Of a stretch of 64,000 nt of DNA, positions 12,837-25,332 are shown one piece after another. The position numbers were made by a program, and so were the translations under genes. Each line of letters begins with the position of its first letter. Positions within the stretch are counted from its first letter, which is position 1. Below the pieces are notes generated by a model. It was not told the DNA's origin, did not search any database, and saw nothing but the letters and a program-made list of their open reading frames with translations. Source of the DNA: Phoronis australis (lineage: Eukaryota > Animalia > Phoronida); NCBI GenBank assembly GCA_002633005.1, contig NMRA01000114.1:742412-806411 (forward strand). The letters are read 5' to 3'.

Positions 12837-15800
12837 CATGGAAATCGTATTTTTCCGGTCAGCCGAAGTCCATAGCCGGGGTCATAAAGTTTTTTGGCTA
12901 CATTCGCGGCGGGCCCTGGGATATCGTTAGAGTGATGCAAGATTAAGAAAAATTCAAGTAGGCTCAATGATTACAAAACGTTTGAGCGTGCTACTGTTTT
13001 GTCAGCAGTTTGTGCTCGGTACTAGGCGAGTTACTGTGCGCTTTGCAAACAGCATGAAATATGTCATGGAGCGCACTGAAATAATGCAAAAAGTGAAACA
13101 TTAGGCAGAGGAAACGATGAAAACAACAATTGGTTCCAAAAACAGCATTTGGAGATGTTTAGGATTGCTGCTCATGTTTCAGTGTCTACAACAGGGTCAT
13201 GGAGATTTTACCACCCATTTCAAAAATATGGCACACGATGATTAACAGACTATAATTAAAAAGGATAAGTTGTCGTCTTGACATGATGTATTTAAATATT
13301 TTTGTTCGTTCACGATTTTCTCCTGTGTTGCCTTTTTCGTCGTATTGGAAATCATAACGGAAATCTGTTATCTGTGACTTTACTACGTTAAATTCTTGTT
13401 TTTATCGTTCATCTACAAAAAGGTTTGAGCAGGACGTCATTTTTTTCATTTTTGCCTAATCTTTTATATATTTCGGACTCGAGAGCTTTCAATTGTTATT
13501 TTAGCACGAATGGGGATCAACAATCGTCATGTCTCGTTTACACTTTCGTCATAAAGGACTATTTAAACCTCTAGAATGCTGCAACTCCAGCCGTAACAAT
13601 TAGTACTCTAGACATGATTTTCAATAAAGTTCCACGATGGTTTCCATTATGGCGGCAAAAACAAACACTTGAAAACCATTGTGTTGGTTCACGGTTTGCC
13701 CGATGTGATGAAACCCTTTGTAGGGCGGTCTGGTCTGACCTAACTGAAGTGTCAATGTCTTTTTTTTACAAAAAGCGATAAAGGGGGTTGAAAGTACATT
13801 TCAGATAAGTAGAATATTCCGAATTTCACAAAAGCTCCTTCATAAAGGCAACGTAAACTTTTAAGGTTAATCAACAGTGTAATGACGCTATCCTTAATAA
13901 CAATGAAAGTTGATGAGGGCATTTGTTGCACGTTTTCCGATGGCAGTTGGTTAATCCAATATATACTTACTGAAAGAAATTGAAACCATTCGCAGTATCA
14001 AGGTATGTAACCTACTGCCACGTTGCAGGAGCTCGAGTAAATATTTTGAAAGACAACTGCCGTTTCAACTACACAGCGATAGCTAACAACGTTCCATCTT
14101 CAAGCTAACTCCAATGTTTAGCTAGTGTCAATGATGAATCGTGTTCGCCGGGTTTAAAAACATACGGGCTCATTTTATCTTGAATCGTTGCCGAACGAGT
14201 TAATACTGATAAGAAAAACCGCAATTAAAGAGAAAGGTAAATTTATCACAAACACATACAAAATCCACATGCAACCACACGTTTCAAAACTCTCACTTGA
14301 TTGAACTCTTTCCTCAGCTTTTTCCATCATTGCCCAACTTTTTTTCTCATCTAAATGGACAATTGTTGAGGGTCACACCCTAAACACCCCCTTTCCAATA
14401 AGCAGCGACCTGCAGCTTAAGGGCAGCATCGTGTTTTTTCTAGTCAATCATCAGAGTTTTCTTGACAACCGTAATCATAAAAAAATTAACGCTGACTTAA
14501 CACATGCTATACAAGGACAGTACTTACTGGGTGATGGATCCACAGAAGCTGTAGGCCTAATCTATGCACGGCATTCTCACTTGTTGAGACACTCCACACA
14601 ATATATAGATCTCGTAGTAATAATACGGTTTCGTATATAACAGTAGTGATCGCACGTCTCTCTTGACTCAATGACAGTGGTTTTCTGGTTTGAATAGCAA
14701 TATTCAGTTGAATCTCATTGGCGGGAAATACAAAAGTTACGTGACAAGAGACTTAGCAACCCACTCCCCGTTGTTCCATTAGATGCAATCAATGGACAGT
14801 ACTGCCAAACACAGTTAGCGCATAGTTACCTGTTGTCAGTCCCCTAAGCGCAAACCACCTCTGAAATTAGTTTCCCAGCATGCGTACTACATGAACACGT
14901 TCTTTAGATTACTTGCCGATGTGGGGGAGCCGCTAATTAAACCATGACCAAAGGCCTTGGGGAGGGCGGCATGGGGGAGTAATTAATTGATCACATTCAT
15001 TGATGACTTACAAATTCAAGTTAAGCTTCATTCAGATCGCTTCTGGGTAATCAGTTATTTACATAGCACACGTACAGCTGTATAAGGCTAGGCGGGGTGA
15101 GAGAGGGGGGGGGGGGAAGCAGCAGGAAGGGGGAACGTTAGTCAAGGAATGAAAACGGTGGACAAAAAAGTTCATCCAAATCGTGAAGTATTTCAGGTGT
15201 GACTGAGACTTTTGAAAAAAGTGTTTCATGAGCACTCACCGTCGGTGAAAAATTTGCTCTGCGCTATAACTGTAGATTTTCTTGGCATTGTTAACTGTCG
15301 TGATTGCACGAGGTCGACTCTAGAGTTCATCGGCTCAGGTCTTGAAAAGATGTACGTTCGTACATCCTGGTGATGTATGTTGAAAATGTTTATTTCAAAT
15401 TATCCAGGCCAGTATTTTTTAAGTTGTACCTTCATCAATATTTTGGACCAAAATAGTTCATCTTTGGTTGAATTATGTTTAGTAAGTGAAATAGTTTTAA
15501 AACGGTTCAATTGAAAGATAGAGAAAAATGTTTTGTATTTTTTAAAAACTGAGTCTCTCTATCAGAAAACAGTCTTTGCATTTTCAAACGGGTTTCCGTT
15601 AACCTTAATTGGAGCGCCAAAATGCGCTAAATTATGCCTATTTTGTGTTTAGCCATTGTTGAGGCGCTCTGGGGGACAGTTTGCGGGATACTGGTGACTT
15701 CATACAATATTTCCTTATCACATGAGTTTTCTGTGTGAAAAGGAAAATAAAAAATAAAATTTCATGAATTTGGTCAAATAATTTCTATCCAGGAAACAGT

Positions 15801-17688
15801 GGTACATGCATGTTTTCGAAAGATTCTAACCTGTCCCATCACATATCTAACTTGTTGTGTATCTTGTTGCTGAAAATCAATTAGACTCTTCACATTTTGA
15901 CGATTTGATATAACCTGAACGAGAAAGTAACAAGTTACAAACCATGAATAAAAGCGTGATTTATTAATGACATTAAAAAAATATTTGTCTTAATGTGATA
16001 CAAGTGAAATTCATTTTCAAACAACAAACGATTTCAACTAATTTTTCAACACAATGCAAGGTTAATTGAATGGACAATTCACATTGAAATGAATAGAATA
16101 TTCTATAAAGTTTTAGCACAAACACCAGAAAATTTTACAACACTGCTTTTTGTATAGTATAATTATCTCACTTAAATCTACCCTGATTGCATGTAGCCGG
16201 TTGAACGTGCCTTTCAGCTCAGCAAAAATCGTCATGTCGGTGCTTCCGGTAATGCAACTAAGTCCAACGTGAATAGTAAAATGAAACACTTTAATTTCTG
16301 ACTAAGTTACATCTGCGTTACTAAAGTGTGGTGAAATCTCTTGAATCGTACAGAAAATAGCTGAAAGCTTGTATATCTAAATTTTCTGTAAGAATTTTTG
16401 TGAAAATTGTTTACAAACACCTCTCGTAACCTACGCCGCTGACGTACAAGACAGCCGACCCAATACAAAAGTGAGTCAAATTTTGTCACAACAATAGTGA
16501 AAACTTTTGAACGCAACATGGGATTTTGATCAATTTCAGATATTTTTTTTTCTGACAACGACACCGTTCCTTTTATGTAGGATGTTATGTTAATACGAAA
16601 AGTAATTTCCGATTCTCCCGCTTCATATAGTCTCGAAACCATAATTCAGAAGAACTGTGTGCGGCGCACCATATGGGGGCTGGGGAGCAGGACTATACCT
16701 AATCGAGCAATAAACGAATACGACCGCTAGTGAAAAAAGCCTTGTGAGTTAATTTGATATATAGCCAGAACTAGTGAATAATAAAAATTCCAGCGTTGGT
16801 AAACTACTAAAATTTAAAAAGTTTTACTAAAATCGGCTGGTGGGGGTTATTTGTTATGAATGTACCTTTCTTGCACATGAAAATTTGACTTAAAAACGTA
16901 GTCACGTGACAATCAAAAAGACGGCACTAAAAAGAAGCATATTCGTGAAATCGGGTCGATTTTTCTCCTCTCAGAAAATATGTACTTTCAAATGGTTGAT
17001 ACAGCATATTTATTAGTGTGTTCCTTATATAACGACCTTCGCCAAAAATAGGAAATATGGTCAGTGGCACTTTCGTAAATATAACGTAATCAAAGGTATA
17101 CAAGAGTAAGAAGAAATTTTCATTAAAATCTGAAGACGCAAATTTAAAGTTGTCAAAATGTAAAACGTGTGCGCATGCGTAAAACTTAAAACTGCTTTTG
17201 TTATGCTTTGTAATGTGGGACATTGGGCCTTGTAACTGAAATAAAAATTGCTGTAAACATATCAAAAACGTTTCGTTTATTAAAACAAAATACTATAAGC
17301 AACTGTTGAAATCATACTCGCATATTTGTGACAAACAACCGGGGGAACACAACACTGCAGGGTTCTTCCAAGTTCAGAGCTTAGCCTATTCTTATCGTAC
17401 GTGTACTTTCACTTTTGAGAGGTAGCTATCATGCCTGGTTTAGTCACTGAAATTTTTTGTTTATGGTAGCCAGTACTTAGAGTACCATCGGCATTAGAAG
17501 CCAGTGTTAGTGTCATCAAAAACTCGCAATCCCGACTCATAGTGTCTGTTCGACATGTTCGGGCTTCTTACCAACACTGAGCTACTGACTATCATGTTCT
17601 GGTTGTGCTCTCACAGTTACGTCAAGTTTCCAGCGCCAGGGTTTCTTCACCGAACTGGGTTTCTCGTGTTACTTTTATACCTCATAGA

Positions 17689-19160
17689 CATAGGCGGATT
17701 TAGGGGGGAGCCCAGGGCCCCCCCCCCCTTGGCTGCCGCAAAAAAATAAAACAGTAAGAGCGTAGGGAAATGGTGAGTTTATTAATTAACCCCGGTAATT
17801 AAAATTATACGGATGAAAAAAGATTTAAATGTGTGCAGTTTTAGTGTTGGGGGGGGGGGGCTCAAATCCAATTTCAAGTGTCAAATTCGGAACACGGCGC
17901 GTTCGTAACGGAACTATGGCTAAGTATAGAATCACCCGCGATATCCTATGCGACCGGCAGCGGCGCTGTGCACTACGACTCCGTTTCCGTCGTCTGCTCC
18001 ACTGTGCAATGAAGATAATTTACTTCATTTTTTAAAGAAAGTGGAACATGAGTGACGATGAAAAAACAGAAGCTGCTGGTAAGATGTGAATTTTAATCGA
18101 AGCCTTAGTGAATCACTCAGAAACTCGCAATACTCTCTTTGTCAAACCTTATCTTAAGACGGTTTCCAAAGCAATCCCGTCATTATTGCCAACACGAAAA
18201 ATGGATTTGGTCTTTTGGGCATTTGAAGACTATTTCAAATACGACAAATTTGTTAAGAATTGATGGCACAAAATATAAAACNNNNNNNNNNNNNNNNNNN
18301 NNNNNNNNNNNNNNNNNNNNNNNNNNNNNNNNNNNNNNNNNNNNNNNNNNNNNNNNNNNNNNNNNNNNNNNNNNNNNNNNNNNNNNNNNNNNNNNNNNNN
18401 NNNNNNNNNNNNNNNNNNNNNNNNNNNNNNNNNNNNNNNNNNNNNNNNNNNNNNNNNNNNNNNNNNNNNNNNNNNNNNNNNNNNNNNNNNNNNNNNNNNN
18501 NNNNNNNNNNNNNNNNNNNNNNNNNNNNNNNNNNNNNNNNNNNNNNNNNNNNNNNTCCCGTCGGAAGAAAATTTAAATTCGAAAACATCTTCTGAAAACG
18601 CACAAAAAAGTGTATTAGTAAAATCTACTGATTTTTAAGTGGTTTTAAAAAACAATCGGTAAACTCACCGATTTTTGTCTCATTACTTTGATACGTGTCT
18701 CTTCCGATAAGTTAGTACCTAACGTGCAGACGAGAACTCCAAATTGGAACGCTAAGTCCCGCGTGGTTGCGCTGCACGCGAAACAAGATGGCGGACGAAC
18801 TTTGGAGCCTGACGAAAATAGGTAACCGGACGATAAGTCTTTCAATATAACTGTTGTAGTTAAGTCGTGGTGGTGCACTGGTAACGTACGTGCGCTCTAA
18901 CAGTCAGGTCGTGACACGTTCTCCGTGTTTTTTTTTTTGCCTTTTTTTCTTGGATAATACTTCAGGAATCAAGGAAAATGCTTGATTGTTAGAGGTACAA
19001 AGCAGAAAAATTTCCTGGGCGGGAGGGGGGCAAACCCCCCTCCCGACCTCCCCGGCATTCGGTGCTATGCGCATCTACAATCGTGGTTCAGTTTGCGCAA
19101 ATGGTTCCAACCGGACAAAATGTTGGGCCCCCCCCTTGTGATATTCTAGATCCGCCACTG
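17689..19160. mobile_element. Non-autonomous hAT-like DNA transposon spanning an N gap, candidate 5-bp TSD ATAGA
   Basis: Left end CATAGGCGGATTTAGGGGGGAGCCCAGGGCCCCCCC; right end CTAGATCCGCCACTG (revcomp CAGTGGCGGATCTAG); G/C-run subterminal motifs; ATAGA at 17684-17688 and 19161-19165. Confidence 0.6.
18282..18555. other. Assembly gap (N run)
   Basis: Run of N. Confidence 1.
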
Positions 19161-19389
19161 ATAGAGAATGGTTTTGGCGCATCAAAGCGTACTGAATTCG
19201 TGAAGATACCCCCCTACTAGCTGTCTGCCGGGTACTAATCAAAACGGTCTTGGGACGGTGATATCTATCGGAAATATGTTTTTTATAACAAAACTTTATT
19301 TAAATGCTATTAGTTCCTTCCCCTCTGAGCTCGGTCTTACTACTGAGTAAATGAATGCATGTAAGGGAATGAAGGAGAAAAAAATAATT

Positions 19390-19491
19390 AGCGCTCCGCG
19401 GCGACACCGGAAACGTCGTAACCTCACTAGATGTCGCGAGAGTAAACGTTATTTGAGAGAGGTGCATTGCTGTCGTGTCAAAGTCGTCAAA
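19390..19491 (+). promoter_or_regulatory. Putative PRKCSH proximal promoter/5' UTR
   Basis: CpG-enriched patch just upstream of ATG 19492, with ETS-like CCGGAA (19407) and TGTCGCGAGA (19432). Confidence 0.45.
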
Positions 19492-19579
19492 ATGAAGCTC
19501 CTGTGTTTGTCACTGTCACTTCTTTGCTGGAAAGCAGCAATGTGTGATATACTACGGCCAAAAGGAGTCTCAATGTCTA
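19492..19579 (+). CDS. PRKCSH: Glucosidase II beta subunit, coding exon 1 (signal peptide)
   Basis: MKLLCLSLSLLCWKAAMCDILRPKGVSMS; RPKGVS matches the conserved RPRGVS motif; donor GTAAGT, phase 1. Confidence 0.9.
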
Positions 19580-19822
19580 GTAAGTTGCTACAAAGTCGAA
19601 GTGAAAATGACGTATTTATCACAAAACAAAGCGACCTTAAAAATCGTTAATGGCTGGTCACCGGCAATGGCGGTGCATCGGCACCGCACGGCGCAGGCAA
19701 TAGGCAATTACATCGCCCTGAATGCCGCATGATCACAGGGACGATAGTAAACCCCATAAAAGTTAATCATCTCAAAATACAGCTATTAAAATAGAATGAA
19801 ACATTCATATATACACGTGGAG

Positions 19823-20234
19823 TTGCTGTGCGTGAACTTGGATTCCTGCTTAATCTCAACTCAAGATCGCGTATGCGTGAACTTGGACTTGAAAGCAAAA
19901 AGGTGAAATTTTTGTTCGGTGAAAAGAATTTGTGTAATTATTAGCCTCGCAATCAACCATTTTCTCCTTTACCGTAACTTGTGACGCTGAACCGGAGGAA
20001 GATGTGTATGGATAATGTTTGGTGAAACTGATCTCCCATAGTTGAAAAGGTTGGTTAAAATTGACATTATTTTAATCAAATGTAACTCAATTTAGTGCAG
20101 TAAAAATTTTTATGAACATGAACGTGATTATTTGAGTGAACTTGTCAAGTTGCCTCACGTATTCCAAGTTCACACAACACTCACTTCTGCTTAATCTTGA
20201 GATTATGCAGGATTTCAAGTTCACGTACAGCAGA
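19823..20234. mobile_element. ~410-bp MITE, family A copy 2 (inverted relative to copy 1), PRKCSH intron 1
   Basis: Same TIRs as 12009-12420; interior matches the reverse complement of copy 1 (ACCGTAACTTGTG / CACAAGTTACGGT; TTTAGTGCAGT / ACTGCACTAAA). Confidence 0.8.
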
Positions 20235-20406
20235 GTTACAATTAACGATGACTTGTTTATTTTTGTAAAAAATATTGATGGAAGAAAATTTCATTGCCAT
20301 GTTGTGTTGTTAATAAAACTAGAGACTTATCCATAGTCGTACTACAAAGAGCTGTTGATGCTTAACTTGATGGTCCTTTCCTGACTGTACCTCTTCATTC
20401 TTTCAG

Positions 20407-20523
20407 TGCTGTCCTTATATGATCCTAGCAAACCGTTCAAGTGTCTAGATGGCTCTGGCACGTTCGACTTTGAATTTGTCAACGATGATTACTGTGACTG
20501 CAAGGATGGGTCCGACGAACCAG
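20407..20523 (+). CDS. PRKCSH: PRKCSH exon 2 (LDLa-like/G2B domain)
   Basis: LSLYDPSKPFKCLDGSGTFDFEFVNDDYCDCKDGSDEPG; TTTCAG acceptor, GTGAGA donor; 117 nt. Confidence 0.97.
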
Positions 20524-20825
20524 GTGAGACTCATCCAATCAGAAATGCCTCATCCCAAAATATTACCCACAGTGCCGTGCACCAGAAGGGCAATCGTCAG
20601 GTGTATTCTGCTGCCATGCTGATCTCTGTTTCATAGCAAAATTTTTTAATGTTGGTCATTCACAATGAGTTGCAATGCTGATGCCAAATGAAATATCAAA
20701 GCAGCTATAAACCAAGAAGTGAACATTCAGTTTGATTTAGATCATTTACTGCTATCAAATGGGTATGACCTTGATCCGAATTCAGATCAGAAGTTATTTC
20801 TGAATTTGACTGTACCTTATTAGTA

Positions 20826-21040
20826 CAGTGGCTGACCTAGGATACCATAAGGGGGGACCAACATTTCACCTCGGGGAATTGGGCAAAGCGCGACTGTATG
20901 TGCAACAAAGGCCAAAAGTTGCGAAAAGTTGTGGTGCGGGGGCCTGGAATGCGAACCTTCTGTTCGGAAAATCTATCGGTGGACTAAAAAAAAACAGGAA
21001 CGCGATGTGGGGGTCGAGCCCCCCCCCTACTCCGCTACTG
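20826..21040. mobile_element. Short hAT-like MITE
   Basis: Ends CAGTGGCTGACCTAGG ... CCTACTCCGCTACTG (imperfect TIR) with G/C-run interior; no clear TSD. Confidence 0.5.
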
Positions 21041-21697
21041 GTCCTAGTTACTGAACTCAATATTTCCTCACACTTCACGCTGTTGTTTCATTTCGCGTGC
21101 GCCAGCCAAGGGGGGGGGGGAGGCCACTTGTAGAGCCTGCTCTCAAGCCATAACCAAATGTCAGTTCCTTCAAAGCTCTCAAATCACTAAGGAACAATTT
21201 GAGACCAATTTCATAACGGTAAGTGCTCTAAATTAAAAGTCTTTTTGTCATGAAAGTCTGGATCGTTGTAGCTTTAAACTGGCTCATTCACAGTCTGCTT
21301 GTCTTTACTCATGTGGTTCGGTCAGAAATGTTGTGACCAAACCTTTTGAAAACTAGGTCTGTCATATAAATGTGAATTTCAGAATAATATGGGTTTTTTA
21401 CTGATGGATTCAAATAAACCATACAGAGTTGAAATTTATGAGAAGGATTTGGTTAATCTAGGAAGGAAGACATAGCTTGTCTGTGTAACTTTTCCTGGGC
21501 AATGTAAAGTGTTTGCTTTACATTGCAAGAAGTGTTAAAACTGAATAGTTTGATAAAATCAAGCAATTTGTTGTTTGCGATAAAACATTATATTTGAAAG
21601 CAATGGGCTACTCACAGCAACCCATTAGTGTACGAAAATAAATGATGTGTTTGTTCTAGGAAAGTGCACTTTATCTCCATTTAATTTCCTGTTCCAG

Positions 21698-21793
21698 GTA
21701 CATCTGCCTGCTCTAACGGGCACTTCTACTGTGAAAACAAGGGACATAAACCAGAGATCATTCCATCCTCTCGAGTTGGTGACGGCATTTGTG
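21698..21793 (+). CDS. PRKCSH: PRKCSH exon 3
   Basis: [32 protein letters not shown]; TTCCAG/GTAATC; 96 nt. Confidence 0.96.
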
Positions 21794-22601
21794 GTAATCT
21801 GTTATTTCTTAATTATATCTTCTTGAGGATTAGAACTTAAAAATTTAATCTTACTGGTACAAGCATCAAATGAGCATTTTATGGCAAGAGTAATTGGACA
21901 AAACACGGTTTGCCCATCATATTCTGTCAACAGCAAAAATGTCTTTGTTTATCTGAACTGGGAAAGCAAACGAAGTAGAATGTTTAGTAATGATATTAAA
22001 GTGGCAAAATTAAAAATACTAATTTCGTTGTTAATTATCTTTGATTCTTGTTCACGTGGCGATGGAATTCAGCTTGTTTGCAAAAGGTACAGGGAAAACT
22101 GGCCAAAACGTAGAAAATTGTATTTTGTTTGAATCCTTCTTCTTTTGCTGTACACAATTTGAAAACAGCTTGGTCTCTCTTGGTTCTTCAAGCCTGGTTG
22201 ACCATTTCAAAACAGCAAATTTCTGTTGTAAATCCGTTTGAAATTTCTGATTTTCATTTAGTCAACAGTATTAGAACTGGTCTTCAGTAACTATTTAGCT
22301 GAATGTTTGTATTAAATCTGTGAGTATTTAAATTACCTTTTGTTCTAGGCAATAATTGAGAACAAATTGTGCATGAAACTGTATCTGGAATGAACAGTTC
22401 AGTTGCAAGATTGGTTGTCTGGTGGAGGTTAATTCCATTTTGCCTTAAGAATACTTACGAGAAGTAAAAAGATTCTCATATTAGTGGAGTTGGGGGTACT
22501 CCAACATATTAGAATTGGGGAGGTATTCCAACATATTTCACCTTTTGTGTTTATTGGTATTCCAACATATTTCACCTTTTGTGTTTATTTTGCTCCTTCA
22601 G

Positions 22602-22659
22602 ACTGCTGTGATGGCTCTGATGAATGGTCAAGTCCAATTCAATGTGAAGACACCTGTTT
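22602..22659 (+). CDS. PRKCSH: PRKCSH exon 4
   Basis: DCCDGSDEWSSPIQCEDTC; CTTCAG/GTAAGT; 58 nt, ends phase 2. Confidence 0.96.
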
Positions 22660-23102
22660 GTAAGTGTTTAGACTTATTCTGCTGTCAGGTAGTTGACCAA
22701 TATTGGTGTTTGGCCTAACCTCCCTGTAGAAACACACAGGATGATGAAGAGGTATAGCTGGAATGTGTTCCGTAGACCCAAGACACTCATGAAGCATCTG
22801 TGGCAAAATATCGGCGCTTATGGAATGAAAAACATGAATTTTATCTTATATTTTAAAATTCCAATGTCGCTGATCACCAACTGCTTCATTGGCCGCCACT
22901 TTGTTGATGTTCGTTGGTAAGCTCATGAGTAAACTCCCGAAACTATCAGCTTTCATTTTTATGATGTCATGTGGTCTTGCGTGATCCTGCTTTTTAGCGA
23001 GTTTTTTTGCATCTATGGATCACAACCTAGTTGACTGTCTCATGGTTTGATTTATCATTTACGGTTCATCTGTGACTGGATGCCTCTAAGATTTACATCA
23101 GT

Positions 23103-23387
23103 GTCAGATCCATTAGTAACATCACATACCGTCTAATGGTTGCATTGTGTGATTGTCAGATCCATTAGTAACATCACATACCGTCTAATGGTTGCATTGT
23201 GTGATTGTCAGATCCATTAGTAACATCACATACCGTCTAATAGTTGCATTGTGTGATTGTCAGATCCATTAGTAACATCACATACCGTCTAATGGTTGCA
23301 TTGTGTGATTGTCAGATCCATTAGTAACATCACATACCGTCTAATGGTTGCATTGTGTGATTGTCAGATCCATTAGTAACATCACAT
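23103..23387. repeat. 52-bp minisatellite, ~5.5 copies, runs into gap
   Basis: GTCAGATCCATTAGTAACATCACATACCGTCTAATGGTTGCATTGTGTGATT repeated at 23103, 23155, ... Confidence 0.95.
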
Positions 23388-23570
23388 NNNNNNNNNNNNN
23401 NNNNNNNNNNNNNNNNNNNNNNNNNNNNNNNNNNNNNNNNNNNNNNNNNNNNNNNNNNNNNNNNNNNNNNNNNNNNNNNNNNNNNNNNNNNNNNNNNNNN
23501 NNNNNNNNNNNNNNNNNNNNNNNNNNNNNNNNNNNNNNNNNNNNNNNNNNNNNNNNNNNNNNNNNNNNNN
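23388..23570. other. Assembly gap (N run), probably hiding a PRKCSH exon
   Basis: N run between two minisatellites; flanking exons are phase-incompatible (2 vs 0). Confidence 0.9.
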
Positions 23571-24448
23571 CTCTCATGTCACATGGTGTCTTCCCATGTG
23601 TCATAGTGTCCTCTCATGTCACATGGTGTCTTCCCATGTGTCATAGTGTCCTCTCATGTCACATGGTGTCTTCCCATGTGTCATAGTGTCCTCTCATGTC
23701 ACATGGTGTCTTCCCATGTGTCATAGTGTCCTCTCATGTCACATGGTGTCTTCCCATGTGTCATAGTGTCCTCTCATGTCACATGGTGTCTTCCCATGTG
23801 TCATAGTGTCCTCTCATGTCACATGGTGTCTTCCCATGTGTCATAGTGTCCTCTCATGTCACATGGTGTCTTCCCATGTGTCATAGTGTCCTCTCATGTC
23901 ACATGGTGTCTTCCCATGTGTCATAGTGTCCTCTCATGTCACATGGTGTCTTCCCATGTGTCATAGTGTCCTCTCATGTCACATGGTGTCTTCCCATGTG
24001 TCATAGTGTCCTCTCATGTCACATGGTGTCTTCCCATGTGTCATAGTGTCCTCTCATGTCACATGGTGTCTTCCCATGTGTCATAGTGTCCTCTCATGTC
24101 ACATGGTGTCTTCCCATGTGTCATAGTGTCCTCTCATGTCACATGGTGTCTTCCCATGTGTCATAGTGTCCTCTCATGTCACATGGTGTCTTCCCATGTG
24201 TCATAGTGTCCTCTCATGTCACATGGTGTCTTCCCATGTGTCATAGTGTCCTCTCATGTCACATGGTGTCTTCCCATGTGTCATAGTGTCCTCTCATGTC
24301 ACATGGTGTCTTCCCATGTGTCATAGTGTCCTCTCATGTCACATGGTGTCTTCCCATGTGTCATAGTGTCCTCTCATGTCACACGGTGTCTTCCCATGTG
24401 TCATAGTGTCCTCTCTTGCCACATGATGTCTTCACATGTCACATGGTG
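23571..24448. repeat. 40-bp minisatellite (dimer of related 20-mers), ~21 near-perfect copies
   Basis: CTCTCATGTCACATGGTGTC-TTCCCATGTGTCATAGTGTC repeated; degenerates after ~24380. Confidence 0.97.
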
Positions 24449-24721
24449 TGTGATGCCATATAATATTTTAGCGTCACTAATTTGGTGGACGTTTTATTGT
24501 ATTTTAAGCCTTAAAACATAAGGTTTTGATGACAGAGGTGTTCAGAAATTTATTTCCAAGTGAAAAAACGTGGGATTAGATTTTCTCGTTGAAGTGGTGG
24601 CCGTCCTTCTTTACTAAGTAAACTTCGTTGACTTTGCCAACATGTACAACCTCTACTTTTGCATGTTAGCGCTGTTTGGTATTAAAATTCACTAATATAT
24701 CAGTTATTTGTTATCTTGCAG

Positions 24722-24785
24722 TCTCGGCTAACAGCTCTGGAACCAGAGAAGAACGAGGCACTGAAAATCAAAAATGATATGGAAG
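24722..24785 (+). CDS. PRKCSH: PRKCSH exon (coiled coil)
   Basis: SRLTALEPEKNEALKIKNDME; TTGCAG/GTATGT; phase 0 to 1, joins the next exon in frame. Confidence 0.8.
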
Positions 24786-25332
24786 GTATGTCTTTGGCCC
24801 AGTGCTCTCCAAAAGTTTTCTGACAAATTGACCCACAATTCCCTGTCATGATGGCTGATTTGAAGAGGAATACATCATCTGAGTAATCTCCCCTGATGAC
24901 CAAGAATAAAGGGGAAGTAACAGGAAGTCCTGTTAATAAGATGCTAACAGAATTAACTGTCACAAAGGGAAACTGTATTTTGTCTGATTACTTTAGACTT
25001 ATACTGTAAATAGAAACATTGTGAGCTGATGATTTTCAGTGGATTTTTTATGGAATCTATAGTGGTGACTGATGCATCGTAATGTCTTCCACTCGACACC
25101 TTGATCAGTTGAGGGCTATGAGAACGCCATCTAGTGTTAAAACCTAAAAGCTCAAATCATTGGTTACCATTGACCCCTTTAAACTCTAGATGGTGTTCTC
25201 ACTGATCTCAACTGAACAAGGTGTGAAAACATTTGACTTTCTGTTTCAAACCGGGTTGTGAAGGGTCACTGTTTCGCACCTTTAATAAGATATTTGAATC
25301 TTTGATTTTTAAAATATCTGTGGTGTATTTAG

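Noticed and set aside
13200-14330. Coding-like fragments on the - strand (e.g. MMEKAEERVQSSESFET; GQTRPPYKGFHHIGQTVNQHNGFQVF)
   Set aside because: Frequent stops, no consistent exon chain and no recognisable family; could be a decayed gene or TE but not supportable without a search.
17330-17688. Possible minus-strand ORF interrupted by the hAT-like element
   Set aside because: Rejoining the flanks still gives stops in all frames.
22730-22751. 22-nt micro-exon (AG|A AAC ACA CAG GAT GAT GAA GAG|GTATAG) that would restore the PRKCSH frame
   Set aside because: Weak donor, no resemblance to the conserved ~40-aa segment, and a gap large enough for the real exon lies nearby.
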